The notes under the pieces were generated by a model that was not told where the DNA came from, made no database searches, and saw nothing but the letters and a program-made list of their open reading frames with translations. From Geosiphon pyriformis uo1 (Eukaryota; Fungi; Glomeromycota): a DNA stretch of 8,799 nucleotides. Below are positions 8,342 through 8,799 of this stretch, piece by piece. A program made the position numbers and the translations under genes. The stretch spans positions 1 to 8,799 of the forward strand of contig JAAOMT010000078.1 of NCBI GenBank assembly GCA_016748015.1, read 5' to 3'. Position 1 is the stretch's first letter, and each line of letters starts with the position of its first letter.

Positions 8342-8627
8342 TGTATTTTTTTTAAAATTTTATTGTAAATTAAATTTTATTGAAAGATATTAGAAAGCTG
8401 CTAAAAAATATATATATAACAAATATGATTATTTATGGAAAAGATTACAAAGAACAATGCTTAAAAATTTTAAATCAGTATTTTTAATAACTATTAGACA
8501 ATTTTCAAGAAAATATTGATGTTATATAAATTTTTATAAAAAAAATATTGGTAAAAAATTAGTAAAATATGTTATAAAAAATTAGAAATCTTATAAAAAA
8601 ATTCCAGATAATATTCAAACTTTGTAA
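8342..8627 (+). pseudogene. C-terminal remnant of an IS630/Tc1/mariner-superfamily (DDE_3-like) transposase
   Basis: Frame 3 reads FFLKFYCKLNFIERY*KAAKKY...DYLWKRLQRTM...SVFLITIRQFSRKY*CYINFYKK...YVIKN*KSYKKIPDNIQTL*. Reversing transitions gives PKFHCELNFIERYWGAAK...YKSHRRIP, a variant of the PxxSPDLNPIE motif with the catalytic E at 8382-8384. Confidence 0.75.
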
Positions 8628-8799
8628 TACTGTATTTGGTTTAATATTATATAAAATTTAATAAAATTTTTTTTTTTTTATAAATAATATATTAAAAACA
8701 CATGTATATTAACCAATAAAATTTAATTATATAAAAAAAAACACGTGAAGATCATCATTTAAAATTTCGGACTGATCTACATTTTTGATGATTATAAAT

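Noticed and set aside
8740-8799. Terminal inverted repeat pairing with 7570-7610
   Set aside because: Only short scattered matches (tcaaaaat, gaaattt) are present, which is expected by chance in AT-rich DNA.

Overview
This very AT-rich window is almost entirely decayed eukaryotic transposon sequence and has no intact gene. Bases 1 to about 7569 (+ strand) are the body and 3' end of a dead Ty3/Gypsy (Metaviridae) LTR retrotransposon whose 5' LTR and start lie upstream of the window. Reading through stops and seven net -1 frameshifts gives one polyprotein: Gag capsid, CCHC knuckle, Q/P/N/Y-rich region, aspartic protease, a Cys-rich insert (partly TRASH-like spacing), a dUTPase, a possible second dUTPase-fold remnant, RT, RNase H and integrase (HHCC, D,D35E, GPF). 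After pol comes a separate decayed ORF of about 237 codons in the env position that does not look like env, then a polypurine tract and a 3' LTR starting TGTTAC at 7371. Downstream are a 20-bp minisatellite, a 33-bp direct repeat and the C-terminal remnant of an IS630/Tc1-like DDE transposase (8342-8627). Both elements carry dense C->T and G->A transitions in many dinucleotide contexts, a RIP-like pattern. From memory the proteins resemble Glomeromycotina fungal TE proteins, but that host assignment is an unverified inference. All translations and counts were made by eye.
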